Positions 12,315 to 25,672 are shown, counted from the stretch's first letter. The stretch: 64,000 nt of DNA from Camelus dromedarius (GCF_036321535.1 NC_087437.1:114826001-114890000); one strand, 5' to 3'. Notes: generated by a model from the letters alone, not told the origin. Made by a program: numbers and translations.

Positions 12315-13234
12315 GCTAGCGATATCTGTGGCTCACTACTTACTTGCTACTCTTTCTGTTATGTGGCACGAGAGTGTGATTTCCAGGGAAATCTGATCTG
12401 TCAACAAAGACTTGAATATGGGCTGCACTGGTAGAGTGGAAGACGCCACATCAGTCATTGCAGCGGTCACGTTCACCTCCAAATACAGAGCAAAAGGAAG
12501 ATGCCTTCCTAATCTTATGCTTCAGTTTGTTTTTGGGAGCTGTATCTTTGGCTGCCTCAGGACACTCTCTCATCCTGAGAGAAGTGACAACAAAGTGACA
12601 TTAAAGGCAAACCAAGTAACTGTTTGGAAACCACATAACCTACTGTGGAAAAATCCCTCATTTCCCACCAACTGTGATTTATAATATTTGCACATTTCTT
12701 GAAATAATCTGTCATAAGTAAGTAGAGATAATAGTGCTTCATAATCTATTTAAAAAGAGAGACAGAATTTTGCTTAGTATGGACATTTCCAAATAGAGAA
12801 TAGAGAAGTCAATTGATGGCAAATGTGTTTAACAGGGAAGAGCAGTGGGGAAATGAATTAAATAGGTTCCTGTCGACAGTCTTCTTTCAGCCAAAGTGAC
12901 ATCTATCTTAGTTCAGGCTGGGCTTCTTTGGGACTGTCAGAGCGTAAGTATGTTGGCTAATGCTGATATGAAATGAGAAGTTTCTAAAATTCCAACAACA
13001 CATTTGTGAAACAGGACCCCAGTTTGACTTATCTGCTGTCCATCATTCAGCTGACAACAGTGTTGGCAACAGACATTTCAACATAATCCTGTGTTTGCTA
13101 GTTGCTCTTTTGTACTCTAGACACAGGAAGATTTAACCTTTTGGACAAGATAGATACCAGTAAGTTTCCAGCCAAGGAGGCCAGGGATCATCTGATAAAG
13201 TGACAACTAAAAAATTATGTCTTAAACTATAAAG

Positions 13235-13731
13235 AGACCCCAAAAACGGAAAGTGGGAGCTCAGACAGAAATTTGTGCCCCTACACTCAAGAGCCAAAAG
13301 GTGGAAACAACTCAGATGTCCGTCAGTGGATGAATGGATAAGCAAAATGTGGTCTATCCGTACGATGGAGTATTACGTAGCTTTTAAAAGGAATGAAATT
13401 CGGATATATGCTACAACATGGATGGACCTTGAAGACATCACGTGAAGTGAAATGATCCAGTCTTAAGAGGTCAAATATTGTATGATTCTGGTTACATGCG
13501 GTCCCTACAGTAGTCAGGTTCACAGAAAGTAGAATGGTGGTTGCCGGGGCTGAGGGGAGAGAAGGATGGGGAGTTGGTGTTTGGTGGGTACAAAGTTTCA
13601 CTTGGGGAAGATGAAAAAGTTCTGGAGATAGATGGTGGTGACCGTTACACAGCGTGGATGGACTTAGTGCTACTGAATTGCATGCGTAAAAGTGGTTAAA
13701 ATGTTAAGTTTTATGTTGTGAGTCTTACTAC

Positions 13732-13736
<5 letters not shown>
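13235..13736 (+). mobile_element. L1MB-like LINE-1 3' fragment
   Basis: gccaaaaggtggaaacaa, gatgaatggataagcaaaatgtgg, gctacaacatggatggaccttgaa, gatgaaaaagttctggagat. Confidence 0.9.

Positions 13737-13762
<26 letters not shown>
13737..13762 (+). repeat. (CA)13 microsatellite at L1 tail
   Basis: Directly visible. Confidence 0.95.
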
Positions 13763-14506
13763 ACAGGAGAACAGACTGGTCCGATTTTAGCCTTTCTGAG
13801 TTAGGTCCCCCGCCCAGTGGTCTTGTAGCAGCCCAGCAGTTTACATGTAAGGAGTTTCATTGGGAAAAAAATGTTCTCAGATGTTAATCTACACAACGCT
13901 TCCCTCCTGTCTCTATTCTAGCTAATTATGAGAGCCAAATGCCAAATCCAGGTCCCAGCCCACCTGGCAGGATGAATGAACCACTGGCAGAGGATTTAAG
14001 GCCACTATCAGTGACCTTCTTACAGTGAACGCTCCCTTTCTCAAGGTCGCACTGTGCCTGGGCCGCTCAGCCAGGGGCGGGCAGGCTCCCCACCACAGGA
14101 GGAGGCAGCGTGGAGCCGCGGCTCCAGGACCCGGTGGGCGCACAGCAGCAGGAGGGGCTGGAGGAGACCATCAGCTCATCCACCTGCCATTTGGGACAAA
14201 GATCTTGTCCATCCTGGTCTCCTCCTAATTGCTATTCCTTAACAGAAAGTCACCTGACGCCAGGTGTGGCACCTCCAGGGGCCCTCATGCCTTGTAATTT
14301 ACTAAGTGTGCTTACACCAACTGCTATTTAATCACACAGAAAACTCTGGGGGGCATCTGTTATCATTGCCAGGCATCTTGTCCAGTCCTCACAGCTGGTC
14401 ACAGAAAGATCCGGGCCTCTGATGTAAGCCCTACGTTCTCTCCCGCACAAGCTGCCGGCCCAGTGTCCCGCACCCTCCCTCCAGCTGTTAGAAAAGCTGG
14501 TTGTTA

Positions 14507-14518
14507 CCAGCAGGTGGC
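14507..14518 (+). promoter_or_regulatory. Candidate CTCF core motif
   Basis: CCAGCAGGTGGC matches CCASYAGRKGGC. Confidence 0.35.
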
Positions 14519-15887
14519 TTCAGGGAGGATCCAGCACTCAGTCAAGATTTGCTGAATGAACAGGTGTGGGTCTCGAGCACAGCTTTCTGAAAGGTCTTTC
14601 CTCCACTCCCGATTCCAGTTTACACCCCCCACAGCTGAGGGACCAGGATGACCTGCTGGGTCCTCGCTTGAAACACCTTCAAAATATCTCAGCTGCCACA
14701 AATCGGGCAGCATGTGGATGAGAAAGTCAGGGGTTCTTGAGACACATTCATATACTCTCAGGCACTTTTCCAAAGGGAGAGGACTCCTCTGAATATTCAA
14801 TTTCGTACGCTGGGAGGGACGTTTGTTTGCGCCCTCCCCTCCCCCTCTGCTTCCTGTCCCACCCTCTCCCCTTTACACACACATGCATGTGTGTGCATAG
14901 GCACACCCACGGACACACGGTGGACATGCACACATGTGCATGCCGCACACACAGACTCACATTTTTTCTTAAAATGACTTTTGCCAGCAGCAAAGCCAAA
15001 TCTTCCCAATTCTCTGTGAATAAGGTCAAAGAGGAATAACTTGGAGCCAGAGAAAGCCCTCCCTTTCATCATGTTGGGTTAGGGAGCTGCATGTCCTTCA
15101 CCATTTTCAGTCCTAAACACTGGTTGGTGGCTTTCCTGAGACTTTTTTTACTCAAGCAAACTCACCAGGGCCACGTGGGACCACAGGATACATTTCCCAT
15201 CCCTGAACTAGGGTCCCCCCCACCACAATCTCCTTTCTGAGGTCCACGTCCTAAAACAAGTCACTTTGATTGCTATCTGCAGCTCTCAATAATCCAGAAT
15301 CTCCTTTCTCAGCTAGCGGTTTCTTCCATCAGGAGGTGGACCAGAAAACAAGGCAGTGCACACGAAGTTCACAAAAGCAGGACAGTGAGGAAAAGACTGT
15401 GTTTCAGCGAGTCAGCGAAGCTAAAGAAGGGGAGCCCAACGTCAAACTTAACATGATCCTTTTGATTTCCAAGTGCTTTGGGGGGTTTTCGTGTCGGTTT
15501 CATGGAAAGTTGTGTTTGTGGAGAACACTGTGTTTGCTACAGGATCTTCCTGGGTTCATTTAGCCTGGTAATAAAAGCCTTCCTGGAACAAGAAGGGGTA
15601 TAAACAAAAAAGCAAATGGTCATCAAAGACCAGGGGAGGGGGGAGGGCGGGTTCAGAAGGAGTGTGGCTGAGCCCAGGGCAAGCGCTGCAGGCCAGTGTT
15701 CGCAGGAGCTGCTGACTTCTGGAGGGCGGTGTAAGGCGATTATGAAAACACATACCACTTTCAAGTAAACACGGGGCGTTGCGGAAGAACGGGCGAGAAG
15801 GAGGTCTCTCTCCGAGCACCCACTCTGTGCTTGGGGCTTTATCATGGGAGTCAGAACGGCATTAGGAAGCATTAACTCATGAGTCCC

Positions 15888-16323
15888 TGTAATGGGTGGA
15901 CAGTGTCCCCCCAAACTCATGTCTACCGAGGCCCTCAGAATGTGACCTTATTTGGAAATGGTCTTTGTAGATATACATCAAGATGAGGTTGTACCGGATT
16001 AGGGTGGGCCCCAAATCCGATGGCTGCTGTCCTTATAGGAAGAGAAGAGACACACAAAAGAAAACCATGTGAAGGCAGAGGGAGAGCCTGGGGTGATGCA
16101 GCCACAAGCCGGGGGACGCTGAAGAATGCCAGGAGCCACCGAGGCTGGAAGAGGCAGGGAAGGAGGCCCCCCCTACAGTCTTCAGAGGCGTCAGGGAGCA
16201 CGGCCCTGCTGACACCTTGATTTGGGACTTCTGGCCTCTAGAACTGTGGGAGAACAAAGTTCTGTTGTTTCAGGGCTCCTAGTTTGTGATGATTGATCAT
16301 GGCAGCCACAGGAAACGCATCCA
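15888..16323 (+). mobile_element. MLT1C-like MaLR solo LTR
   Basis: tgtaatggg..cctcagaatgtgaccttatttggaaat..ctgctgacaccttgattt..ggaaacgcatcca; near-match TSD gtccc/gcccc. Confidence 0.9.
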
Positions 16324-17771
16324 GCCCCCTGCCTGACCGGGAGCAGTTTAGGCTGTGAGAGATGGGGCATCTTAGAACCAAGAACATGGTCAAATTCTTG
16401 GCCCTAAGTTAGGAGCTGAGGTCCAAGAGCCATGTGTGTTGAGCCAGTTTTGTTTGTTTATTTTGATTTGTTTTTTTCCACCCGAGAAGAGATAGAGACC
16501 CTCCTGGGCTCAAGGAGTAAGGGGACAGCATCACAGCGAGGCTCGAGGTCAGCCCCATGGACAGGTAAGGTTACCCTAGAAGTCCCGGCTGAGTGGGGGG
16601 TCTGCGAGTAGAGAGGGCTGCCCTTCTGGCTCCCTTCTGGGGGTGGAGCATGGGGGAGAAGTAGCAAAAAGGACTAGGTTTTGGCTTCTGATATCCAATA
16701 TAGGTTTTTATGTCTCCAGCAAGACAGTGTTCTTGAAAGCCGGGCAATGGCAAAAGAGAATTTTCAAAATTCCTTTAACCCCTATAACCACCTAGAGATC
16801 CAGACCCAGAGATTTGATGTCCGCGGGTCTTATCATTCAGAGTACACAGCACATGGCGTACGAGTTTCTGCCACGAGGAACGAGGGAAGCATGAGTCTTC
16901 TGGCTCAGCTGGATGAGGGTGAGGAGGGAGCTGAGGAAGGGGAAGCCAGTGGTCACATACGTTTGCCCCAAATCTAATGTACTGGGAAGGAGCCCAAAGA
17001 AAGTGGGCTTTCCTTCTGCTCCCTGTTGTAATCCTTGGAGGAGATGACCCCTCCCAACATGGGGAGTATGATGTGGTTGCAGGAAGGCAGGGTGAATGAG
17101 CCAGAGCCAGGATTCCTTACAGCGTGCAGGGGACCCAAGGATCCTCACATGTTCCCCAGGCTGGTACAGCACGCAGCCGAGTCTGCTGGGAGCCAATGGC
17201 TGTGAGGGGCCCACCTTGACCAGAGATGGAGTGGACATCCCTCCAGACCTAGGGGATCTCCAGGGTGACTTGGTCACATGTGAGAGCTCCCCAGCCTAGC
17301 CCACAGTCCATTGCCTTTAGCAGGGACATCAGCTGGATGTCCAAAAGGCAGACCCAGCCTGTGCACCCCTGAGCAGATACCTGTCAGTACACTCACCAGG
17401 ACCAGCACAGCCTCCTGGAGGAAGGGGCCAATGCAGGGATGGGACAAGACCAGGAGACCTGTGCCCTCCCCACGGGGACCATGCGTTTCCCTGTGTGCTG
17501 GCTGCCATCTTGGACCTGAGGGTGGTGGGAAGAGAACGGCAATGGTAAGAGTTGACATTTACCAAGAAATGTTTCCCTAATGGAGCTGTTTTCATAGAAG
17601 GTGATTGTTTCAGCCAGAAGGGCTGGAGATAATATTCATGACAGATGAATCCCTTTGGCTACTCAGAAGAGGGGCTCACGAGGAAGAGAACTAAGGAAGC
17701 TTTGTGACCCCCGCACACCTGAGTAGTGGAAGGAGTCCGAGTTCTCCCTCCCACATGGCGTGGAAGGATGG

Positions 17772-18215
17772 TGGTTTGGGCTGAATTGTGTCCCTCCCAA
17801 ACTCCTGTGTTGAAGCCCTAACCCCCAGCACCTCAGAATGTGGCTGTCTTTGGAGAGAGGGTCTTTAAAGAGGTGACTAAGGTAAAATGAGGTTGGAGGG
17901 GTGGGCCCTAATCCAACGACTGGTGTCCTTAGACACAGCCTCAGAGAGGACGCACACGGGGAAACCACGTGAAGACAGAGGCAGAGATGGAATGATGCCA
18001 CCACCAGCCAAGGGATGCCAAGGGTTGCTGGTCGACCAGGAGCTGGAAGAGGCAGGGCAGGACTCTCTCCTAGAGCCTTCAGAGAGATCAGGGCCCTGCT
18101 GACAACTTAATTTCGGACTTCTGGCCTCCAGGACTGTGAGAGACTCCATTTCAGTTGTTTTAAATCACCCGGCTTGTGGTACTTTGTTACTGCCGTTCTA
18201 GGAAGCTAAAGTATA
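17772..18215 (+). mobile_element. MLT1B/C-like MaLR solo LTR
   Basis: gggctgaattgtgtccctccc..gttgaagccctaacccccagcacctcagaatgtg..ggacttctggcctccaggactgtgaga. Confidence 0.9.
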
Positions 18216-20436
18216 CCGCTTTTTAGAAATCAAGTTTCCTGAAGGATGGCCCACCACGTAAGCAGACTTAGGAAACTTTTCCCCTGAGGGCAAATTTCTC
18301 CAGATTTAGACCACGTGGGGACCTCGGGGCACAGGAGGTCACAGGGCACCTCCCAGCATCCCTGGTTTACATCATCGGAGCCCGGAGGAAATGCTCCCAG
18401 TCCACTCGGGCTCCCTCCCACCCGATGGCGAAGGAAGCCGGGGAGGGAAGGAAAAGGGCCGGCAGAGAACACAGGTTTTCTTTGCTTTCCAAGGGGAAAA
18501 GGCCCTAAGGCTGTTTTCTTCTCTCTTCCCTTCAAATTGATCTTTCGTATCTCCAATAACTCTTATCTTTCAGCAAACTCAAGCAGGCCCAGCGTGAGCT
18601 GTGAAATGACCGAACTTCAAAGGTTTCGCACAAATCATCGTAAAGGCCTGACCTAAGCCAGGGAAAGCCAGAACGGGGCAGAGAAATCACTCCTCATTTC
18701 ATCGCCAGGTAACTGAGACTTTGTTCCCCCTCTCAGGTCATATCTGTCACCTCAACTGCCCCCACCGGAGTCCCAGCCACCTCGAGACACCTGCATGACC
18801 CACCCTCCAAGGGCTGAGTTATGAGCTGTGCTCCAGATCTATCGCCAGCGACGTGCAAGGTCTTTCAGCAGCGCAGCGGCCGTGGAGGCTGTGGTTAATT
18901 TCCTTTGCTGCTTTCAGGGCAGTTTGAAGGGAGTGGTGGAAGGATGGATCTCCGTGGCACTCAGTCTTAGTCTCAGCCACGGGTGGTGGTGATACAGAAC
19001 CACATCGTTGACAGGGAGGGGTGCCTTGGTGAGCTGGGAGAAGGGTGAGCAGAGAGAGAGGGAAAAAAGCAAAATATTAATAATAATGTTGCCTTTTCTC
19101 GGGTCCTGGAGGATTGCAAGTTGACCAGTCCTTCTCCACGGATTTTATTTTACATCTCTTGTCTGGAGTTAGCCATTAAAGACCAGTAGAACAACGGATG
19201 GGAAAAATGCAGGTAGGCAGCAGGTTGGTTGAGCAGGAGAAGAGGTTTCCAGGCTTGAACTGGATTATGTGCCCCAATGTTCAACAGACACGTTGGGAGT
19301 ATACGCTGTGACTGAGCTCTGTTGGTGATGGAAATGTGAAAATGGATAAGACGGAGAGCAAAGTGTTCCTCCCAGCCACTCGGGAAAAGACAGACACGCA
19401 GGAAGTAGCTGGAGCTCCCTGCAGCCCATAGACAGGTGGGAGCAGCCCTTAGCAGCCTCCTTGGGCTCCATTAAGAGGTGACAAAAGGAACCTGGGTTCT
19501 GCGTGGGGCCCAAGCTGCCTGCATCCATTTGGGCAGCGTCAGCCCTGTGCACATGTGGGCCTCGTGGAAGCTGAAATCCCACCGGGGCTCCGCTGGCCGA
19601 GCCTTGCTCCCTGTCCTGGGAATCTTTTTCCTCTACGTGGCCCACTCCGCTGGGGCACTTTTTGCAATTCAGCCGCCAGGACAAAGGTCTCTTTTTGCAA
19701 TCCCTCCACCTGGATGGGGCACCCTTTTTCCCCCACTTTGCACAGTCTCTCTGTACGTGAGCAGCCCCGATCTCACACACCTGCAGCATTTGTGTGGTTG
19801 CTTTTAGGAAATTTCACTGAGGAAGGGGGAGAGATGATTTCAAGGATGGCAAGCCTAGAGAATTAAGCCACATCACACACCAGTTGGGGGAGAGGGGCAA
19901 CGAACCCTTCAAGTCATGGGAAATCAGCCTTTAGCATTTTCCTGTGAATGGGGCCATTCTACTTGCAGCCTTCTCCAATTCTGGTTTTACAGGGGAAGTC
20001 CAGGACTAAAATCTAGTGAGGAAAATGGGGGCATTGTGTTTTCTCTTTGAAGCGACCCTGTGCCTACATGGGAAAACAAGGCCCTCTCTTAACAATCATT
20101 CGGTGCACGTTTCATAACTAGAAAAATCCTTTAATTTCCGGAGGCGGCTCAGACACCTTTTCTAAGCACGGGGCTCCTGTGATAATTGTCTAGGAAATTC
20201 ACAGAAGAGGGAATCAGAAGATCTATGTGGAGTGCCGAGCGGGGCAGCTGCTATCTCTACCCGCCTCCTCCAAAAACTGCCCCTTGTCTTCTGTGGACAC
20301 TGATGGAGGGAGATGCGGTGACTGCCGGGCTCCCTGGGGCTCCAGCCCTGTCTCAGTGGACTCTTGGCCATCACCTGGACATCATTCTTCACCCCCTAGA
20401 GACCCATCTTCAGCTTCCTTCCTTCCTCAAGCCCCC

Positions 20437-20886
20437 TATATTCGTTTCTTTCGGCTGTCTGACAGATCACCACAAACTGGCTGGCTTACAACAACAGAAA
20501 TGTATTCTCTCAGCATTTAGGGACTGGAAGTCCAAAATCAAGGTGTGGGCAGGGTTGGTTCCTTCTTAAGGGTTCAGAGGGAGAATTTGTCCATGCGTCT
20601 CTCCAGCTTCTGCTTGTTGCCTGCAGTTCTTGGCATCCCTGGGGTTGCAAATACGTCACTCCAGCCTCTGCCTCTGTATCGTCCTTCTGTGTCTGTCTCT
20701 GTGTCTTTTCTCCTCTTCTTATAAGGATGCCAGTCATAATGGATCAAGAGTCCACTTTACTTCAGTGTGACCTCATCGTAACTCTACTAATTACATCTGC
20801 AGTGGCCCTGTTTCCAAATAAGGTCACATTCTGAGATTCTAGGAAGGACATGCATTTGAGGAGGGGACACTATTCAACCCAGTTCA
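20437..20886 (-). mobile_element. MLT1C-like MaLR solo LTR
   Basis: caccacaaactggctggctta..ggaagtccaaaatcaaggtg..tttccaaataaggtcacattctgag..actattcaaccc; CCCCC flanks both ends (5-bp TSD). Confidence 0.9.
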
Positions 20887-21777
20887 CCCCCATCCTCCAA
20901 TGACACTGAAATCCATGGAAGTCAGTCCATGGGATTCCATGGAATTCATCCTTGGAAGCTCCCAGCCTCACAGCTCACCTGGTCTCTGACTGTCTATCCG
21001 GCCACTTTGTCTTCTGTTCCAGAAGAAGCTCTTCTCTTAACATTACGCCCCACTAAGAAATCCATTCACCCTTTATCTATTTAATCAAGTCTAAACTCCT
21101 GCACCTGAGTTTTCATGTCTCCTTACCCCGTAATATGTATTATCCTACTGCTGATGTGGCTCCTGGCCACACCATCTCCCAGACCTGCCCTTCTCTGCTC
21201 TCAGTCCACTGAGCCCTGGTCAGGGTCCTCTCCTTCTCCTCCTCCTCCTCCTCCTCCCCCGCCTCCCTTTCAGCAGAGCCCATCCCACTCCTCATAGTGC
21301 AGCTTCTGTCCCTTCTGTCCCTATCCTGAGGTCAGCGCACAGTAGGTCTCAGTTTATGCTCGTTCCACTGAATGGGGTTCCCCGTCGTCTTCCTGAATTC
21401 TCTAAGCCACACTCACAGCCTTTGTTTCCAGGACCCAAGAGCAATGTCATGTTGGAAGTCTCTCCGTCCATGAATTGCTCCCTGCCTCTCCGGTTAGCTG
21501 GTGTTTCACTAAGGAGCCATCTTCCCAGCCAGATTTTTAGGCTTTTTGAAGGCTGAGACCATGACCTATCTGTGCTCCAGCCCCGCCCCCACCCCCCAGG
21601 GCACAATCCGGGAACTGAGAACACAGTATGTTTTCACTGAAAACTTGCACAAATGCAGCCATTTTGCTTTAGGGGCCTGTGTTTTCACAGAGCATTGCTT
21701 ATGAGGGATTGAGTCAGTTTGGGATGTTAATACAACATGATCAGGATTAAAATTTCATCACTTTATTGTATGTGTTT

Positions 21778-21955
21778 AGCGTTTCTAAAGGTAGGCTTAA
21801 GTCTCCCTGTTTCAGAGCCTGCAGGGTTGCTTATTAAAAGTGACCCAGATTAGCTGATTCAGAATTTTAGGGGGTGGGTCCAGGAATTTTGTTTTTATGT
21901 CAGCCCCGGCCTCAGTCCAGGGGATTCTTAAGCATGGCAGAGTTGAGAATCACTG
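21778..21955. mobile_element. MER5A-like hAT MITE
   Basis: ctgattcag..ggggtgggtccaggaattttgttttta..gattct..gttgagaatcactg followed by atctaga target. Confidence 0.65.
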
Positions 21956-22839
21956 ATCTAGACACGTGGATAATCAATATTGATTCTAGATGTGTGAGCA
22001 GAGCTGAAGATAAACTAGTGACTTATTACAGCTCATAGAGCCAGCTGGGGCAAAGCCAAAAGAGACTCACTGCTCCCTAGGTGACCCGTCGCTTCAACGG
22101 CTGCCATTGTCTCCCGATGCAGAGTGACAGTCTTGCAGAGTCAGGGGTCCAGTAAGGAGAGTCTGGAGGGTCTTTGGAGTGACCCCTGGGCAGTGTTGAG
22201 CCTGAAGCCTGCCCCAGCCGCAGAGTCTCGTCATGCCGGTCTGTAACCCCCACCCCGCTCCCCACCCCGGGCGGAGAGTTACAGCATGCTGTTTGGTTCT
22301 AATGTTTGTTTTACTTTTGGAAACACCTCAGGGCAACTCAGGATAGGTTTTCACAGAGGTGTTTGACTTGGGCTTGGCTGCAAAGTTCCCCCTCTTTGGT
22401 CTGTTTATTGCAAGTTAGCACATGGCCCGAGATCCAGGAGCCCAACGCTAGTCCTAACAGAAATCAGGGGGCAGGCACATGAAATGAGACGTTGGGAGGG
22501 CTGATGGTGCTTCCCCGGGCTCGTTTCTTGTCCTGGAGCTAACCTGAGGTTAGGATGGGCATCGGGCTGCTTTGGACTTTGCAGCCTCTGGCCTGGTTCT
22601 GCAGCCCAGTGATGCCTCGGGACCATGGGACAGGTCCAGACACTGCCTGCCTGACAACACGGCCTGAAAGTTTATTTCCCGGGAAAGGGATATATTCCAT
22701 TTTTAGCTCCCATTGTCCTTACGTATTCTCTTATTTAAAAAAAAAAATCAACTAACTTTCGATAGCAAATTGCTGGTCTCTCGTGATTTTAATTTTCAAG
22801 TTGCAAACAGACTCCAGGATACAGCTGGATGATAATCTC

Positions 22840-23015
22840 CATCACTGGGCCAGCTATTCCATTACATCGTTTCATTTAATCTGCACAGAACTCGATGCTG
22901 AGGGTATTATTAGATCCCATTTAGAGATGAGAAAACAAACTCAGAGAGGTTAAGTCAGCGACCCCAGGTGACCCAGCTAATAAATGGGGAGGGGGCAGGG
23001 GTTGTAGCTCCAGGA
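22840..23015 (-). mobile_element. MIR SINE
   Basis: tttcatttaatc..attattagatcccatttagagatgagaaaacaaactcagagaggttaagt. Confidence 0.8.
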
Positions 23016-23285
23016 ACTACATTTTCTCAGCAGCGTGAGGGCTCGACACGTGGTGATGACCTACCCCAGTCTGAACCTTCTTTCCTTGCCTTGAAGAAGG
23101 AATGAATAATGGTTTGCTGAGGGCTGAAAGATTTCACCTGAGTCTTGCCCCATCTGCATTAAGCATATCAGCTCAGTTTATATCAGTAAAACAAAAATCA
23201 AGGAAAGTTATGGGTTTATAGTGACATGTCTGCAGGGCATTAAAATAGACTGTTAAAAAAATTTTGTGTGTGTGTCCAACTATTA

Positions 23286-23424
23286 TTTTTTAATTCTTTT
23301 TTTGTTTTTCTTGGGGGAAGGGAGGATTAGGTTTGTTTGTTTGTTTAATGGAAGTACAGGGGATTGAACCCAGGACCTCATACATGCTAAGTACACACTC
23401 TACCACTGAGCTGTATCCACCCCC
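23286..23424 (-). mobile_element. Vic-1-type camelid tRNA-Ala-derived SINE
   Basis: Minus strand reads ggggtggatacagctcagtggtagagtgtgtacttagcatgtatgaggtcctgggttcaatcccctgtacttcca (A and B boxes) then (aaac)n, cctaat and A-rich tail. Confidence 0.85.
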
Positions 23425-24995
23425 CACCTAAAATACACTATTCATGTGAGTTTCTGCCCACACCACATTTCTTTTTCACACAAATGAGAAGTATGATTGA
23501 GAGTCACTAGCATGGGTGGTAGAAAGAGTTTAAAATCCAATCAGAACCTAATCAGGACCTTGGAGATGTGACCACAGTACTTTGATCCAGGGAGGGTCAT
23601 GCTCAAAGGTGTAGGTGTTGGGTGAAATCTAGGACATGTGGGGCTGGGGGAAATTAAACTGAAACTTACGAGTTTAGGGAACGGGCCCACCAACTCCCAA
23701 ATTTCCTACTTGAAGATCCTCTTCTTACTGCTTCCCTTCTAGAGTTTCTACTGCGTTGACGTGGACGCAGCTCTCCTGCCCCACCACCCACGGGGTCAGC
23801 ATCTTGATCACGGGAGATTGTAAGCTCTGTTAATCTTTCTTATCAGCAGCCTGGGCTTAGTTCAAGGACCCATGGTTCTCTATTTGAAGGGACACTCAGC
23901 AGGCTCCCAGCCAGTCCCTGGCCCTGGGCAGCAGCTGTTTTGGATGGAAGGAGGAAGACTGAACTGAGAATATTTTAGGACTATGTTACTCTGTCCTTGA
24001 GAGAACACTCAAGGATAGAAAAAGAGTCCTATGAATTTAAAAAGCCCAGTTATTGATTAAATCAAAGGAGCTAAGCTATTATTTAAACATGGAGCTCAGT
24101 TCCTAGAGGCTGGACGAGGTCAGCTGGGAGGGGTTAACTGTACTATGCTGCCTTGAATACTCTGGAAAACACCATCTTCTGACTTTTTGCAATGAGTGAA
24201 ATGCAATCAGAAAACAGCACCACAAGTAACAGTGATTAGTCTTGCATTTGAGGCTCGATGTGTGTTCCATGTTTATATATATTTAACCCTAATATCTGCG
24301 AGAGCCGAAGTTGGTGTTGTTATCCTGGGTCTGCATTCTGGGGAATAAGAGATGTGATGGGTCCAGTAATTGGTACAAGATTATAAAGTTAATCATCGGT
24401 AGGGCACAGAAATGAAGGAGGTCCTTTCTTCTGTAAGCCGTCTCCCATGAAATACTGTGCTTATCTCTGCTGAGGTCTGACAGGGTATCACATTCTACCA
24501 CCGCACTAGCCAGAGGTCAAGAGCGACGGTGCCAGCCCTGCGGTATGCTGCGGGGTCAGTCCTGGAATTAGCAGAGTTCACTCTCAGCCAAGAAAAGAGT
24601 ATTCCAAGGAAATGATATCTTAGATACTTTTTTCCCTTAGTCGGTAGACATCACTTGAGAGGGTTATGGTATATTAAAGCCATATTACTGTGACATCTTG
24701 TAAATTTTATAGCTACTGTTTTACACTTACTCAGCATTCCAGGTCTCATTGTGGGGTTCACTTCAAATAATATTGTATGACTGAGTGTGTAAGAATCAAA
24801 TGCAAGTTGTACTGAATGAATTTTTCTTGAATATCATGGTTTTTATTGCTTTAAAAGTAGAGTTTCTTTGCATTCATGATTATTATAGTTGTAAGAAATA
24901 AGGGTTGTTTACTAGAAAACAAAATGCCAAGTATTTCTCAACTATTAAAAAAAAAAATCTATATAATCTCAAAAGCATCTGACTTAAATGAAGGA

Positions 24996-25178
24996 GGAAG
25001 TTCTCAGCCCAGGCTGCACATTGGAATTTAAAAGCTTCAGAAGCTTTTACAAGCTTCTAATGTGTGAGCCTCACCCCTAGACCAATTAGATAAGCTCTCT
25101 CAGAAGTGCTGTCTGGCTAGTTATAGTTTAGAAATTTCTGCAGGCAATTCTAAATGCAGCCAGTCTTGAGAACTACTG
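24996..25178. mobile_element. MER5A-like hAT MITE
   Basis: gttctcagcccaggctgcacattggaat..ccccta gaccaatt..caggcaattctaaatgcagccagtcttgagaactactg. Confidence 0.75.
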
Positions 25179-25423
25179 GGCCTAAGCAGTAATGGATTTT
25201 TTAATTCATGGAGTTAGGTCTGATTGCCATCAGTGCATTAGTGTATCACAAAAAAGAGCTACATTTTGCATTACAAGTAAGAGTTTTGAATATAATGCAA
25301 ATGAAATATATGCAGTGAATACAATATATGCAGTAAGTCAATATGTTAACATATATAAAGCAGATGCTCAATGTTACTGAGAGAATAACTGAATGAACAT
25401 CCTACAAAGTTTCATATGAAAAA

Positions 25424-25590
25424 TCATATTTTGATAAAGCTAAGATGTCATCAATTGTAAGACAAAGTATCACTGAGAAAGAAAAATTTTTAATTAAACT
25501 GTGATGTGCCACATATTTTAAGCCATAACTCAATTTCAAAAATGTTCAAAACAGGAAAAAAGTCTGAGCTTTATAATTAATGAAATACAG
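25424..25590. mobile_element. MER104-like Tc2/mariner MITE
   Basis: ctaagatgtcatcaattgtaagac..aagaaaaa..aattaaactgtg..tgaaatacag followed by TA. Confidence 0.65.
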
Positions 25591-25638
25591 TACTTAAAAA
25601 TTACTACACTTTTATTTTTCTGCCTGGTCTACTCCATC

Positions 25639-25672
25639 TGTTATACCACTGATGTCCACTAGATGCCGCTGT
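25639..25672 (+). promoter_or_regulatory. Candidate CTCF site with upstream (U) motif
   Basis: TGTTATACC + 8 nt + CCACTAGATGCCGCTG; core has one mismatch, spacing fits the U-motif arrangement. Confidence 0.5.

Noticed and set aside
23350..23424. tRNA-Ala gene
   Set aside because: Mismatched stems, CpG decay and SINE tail indicate a SINE, not a functional tRNA
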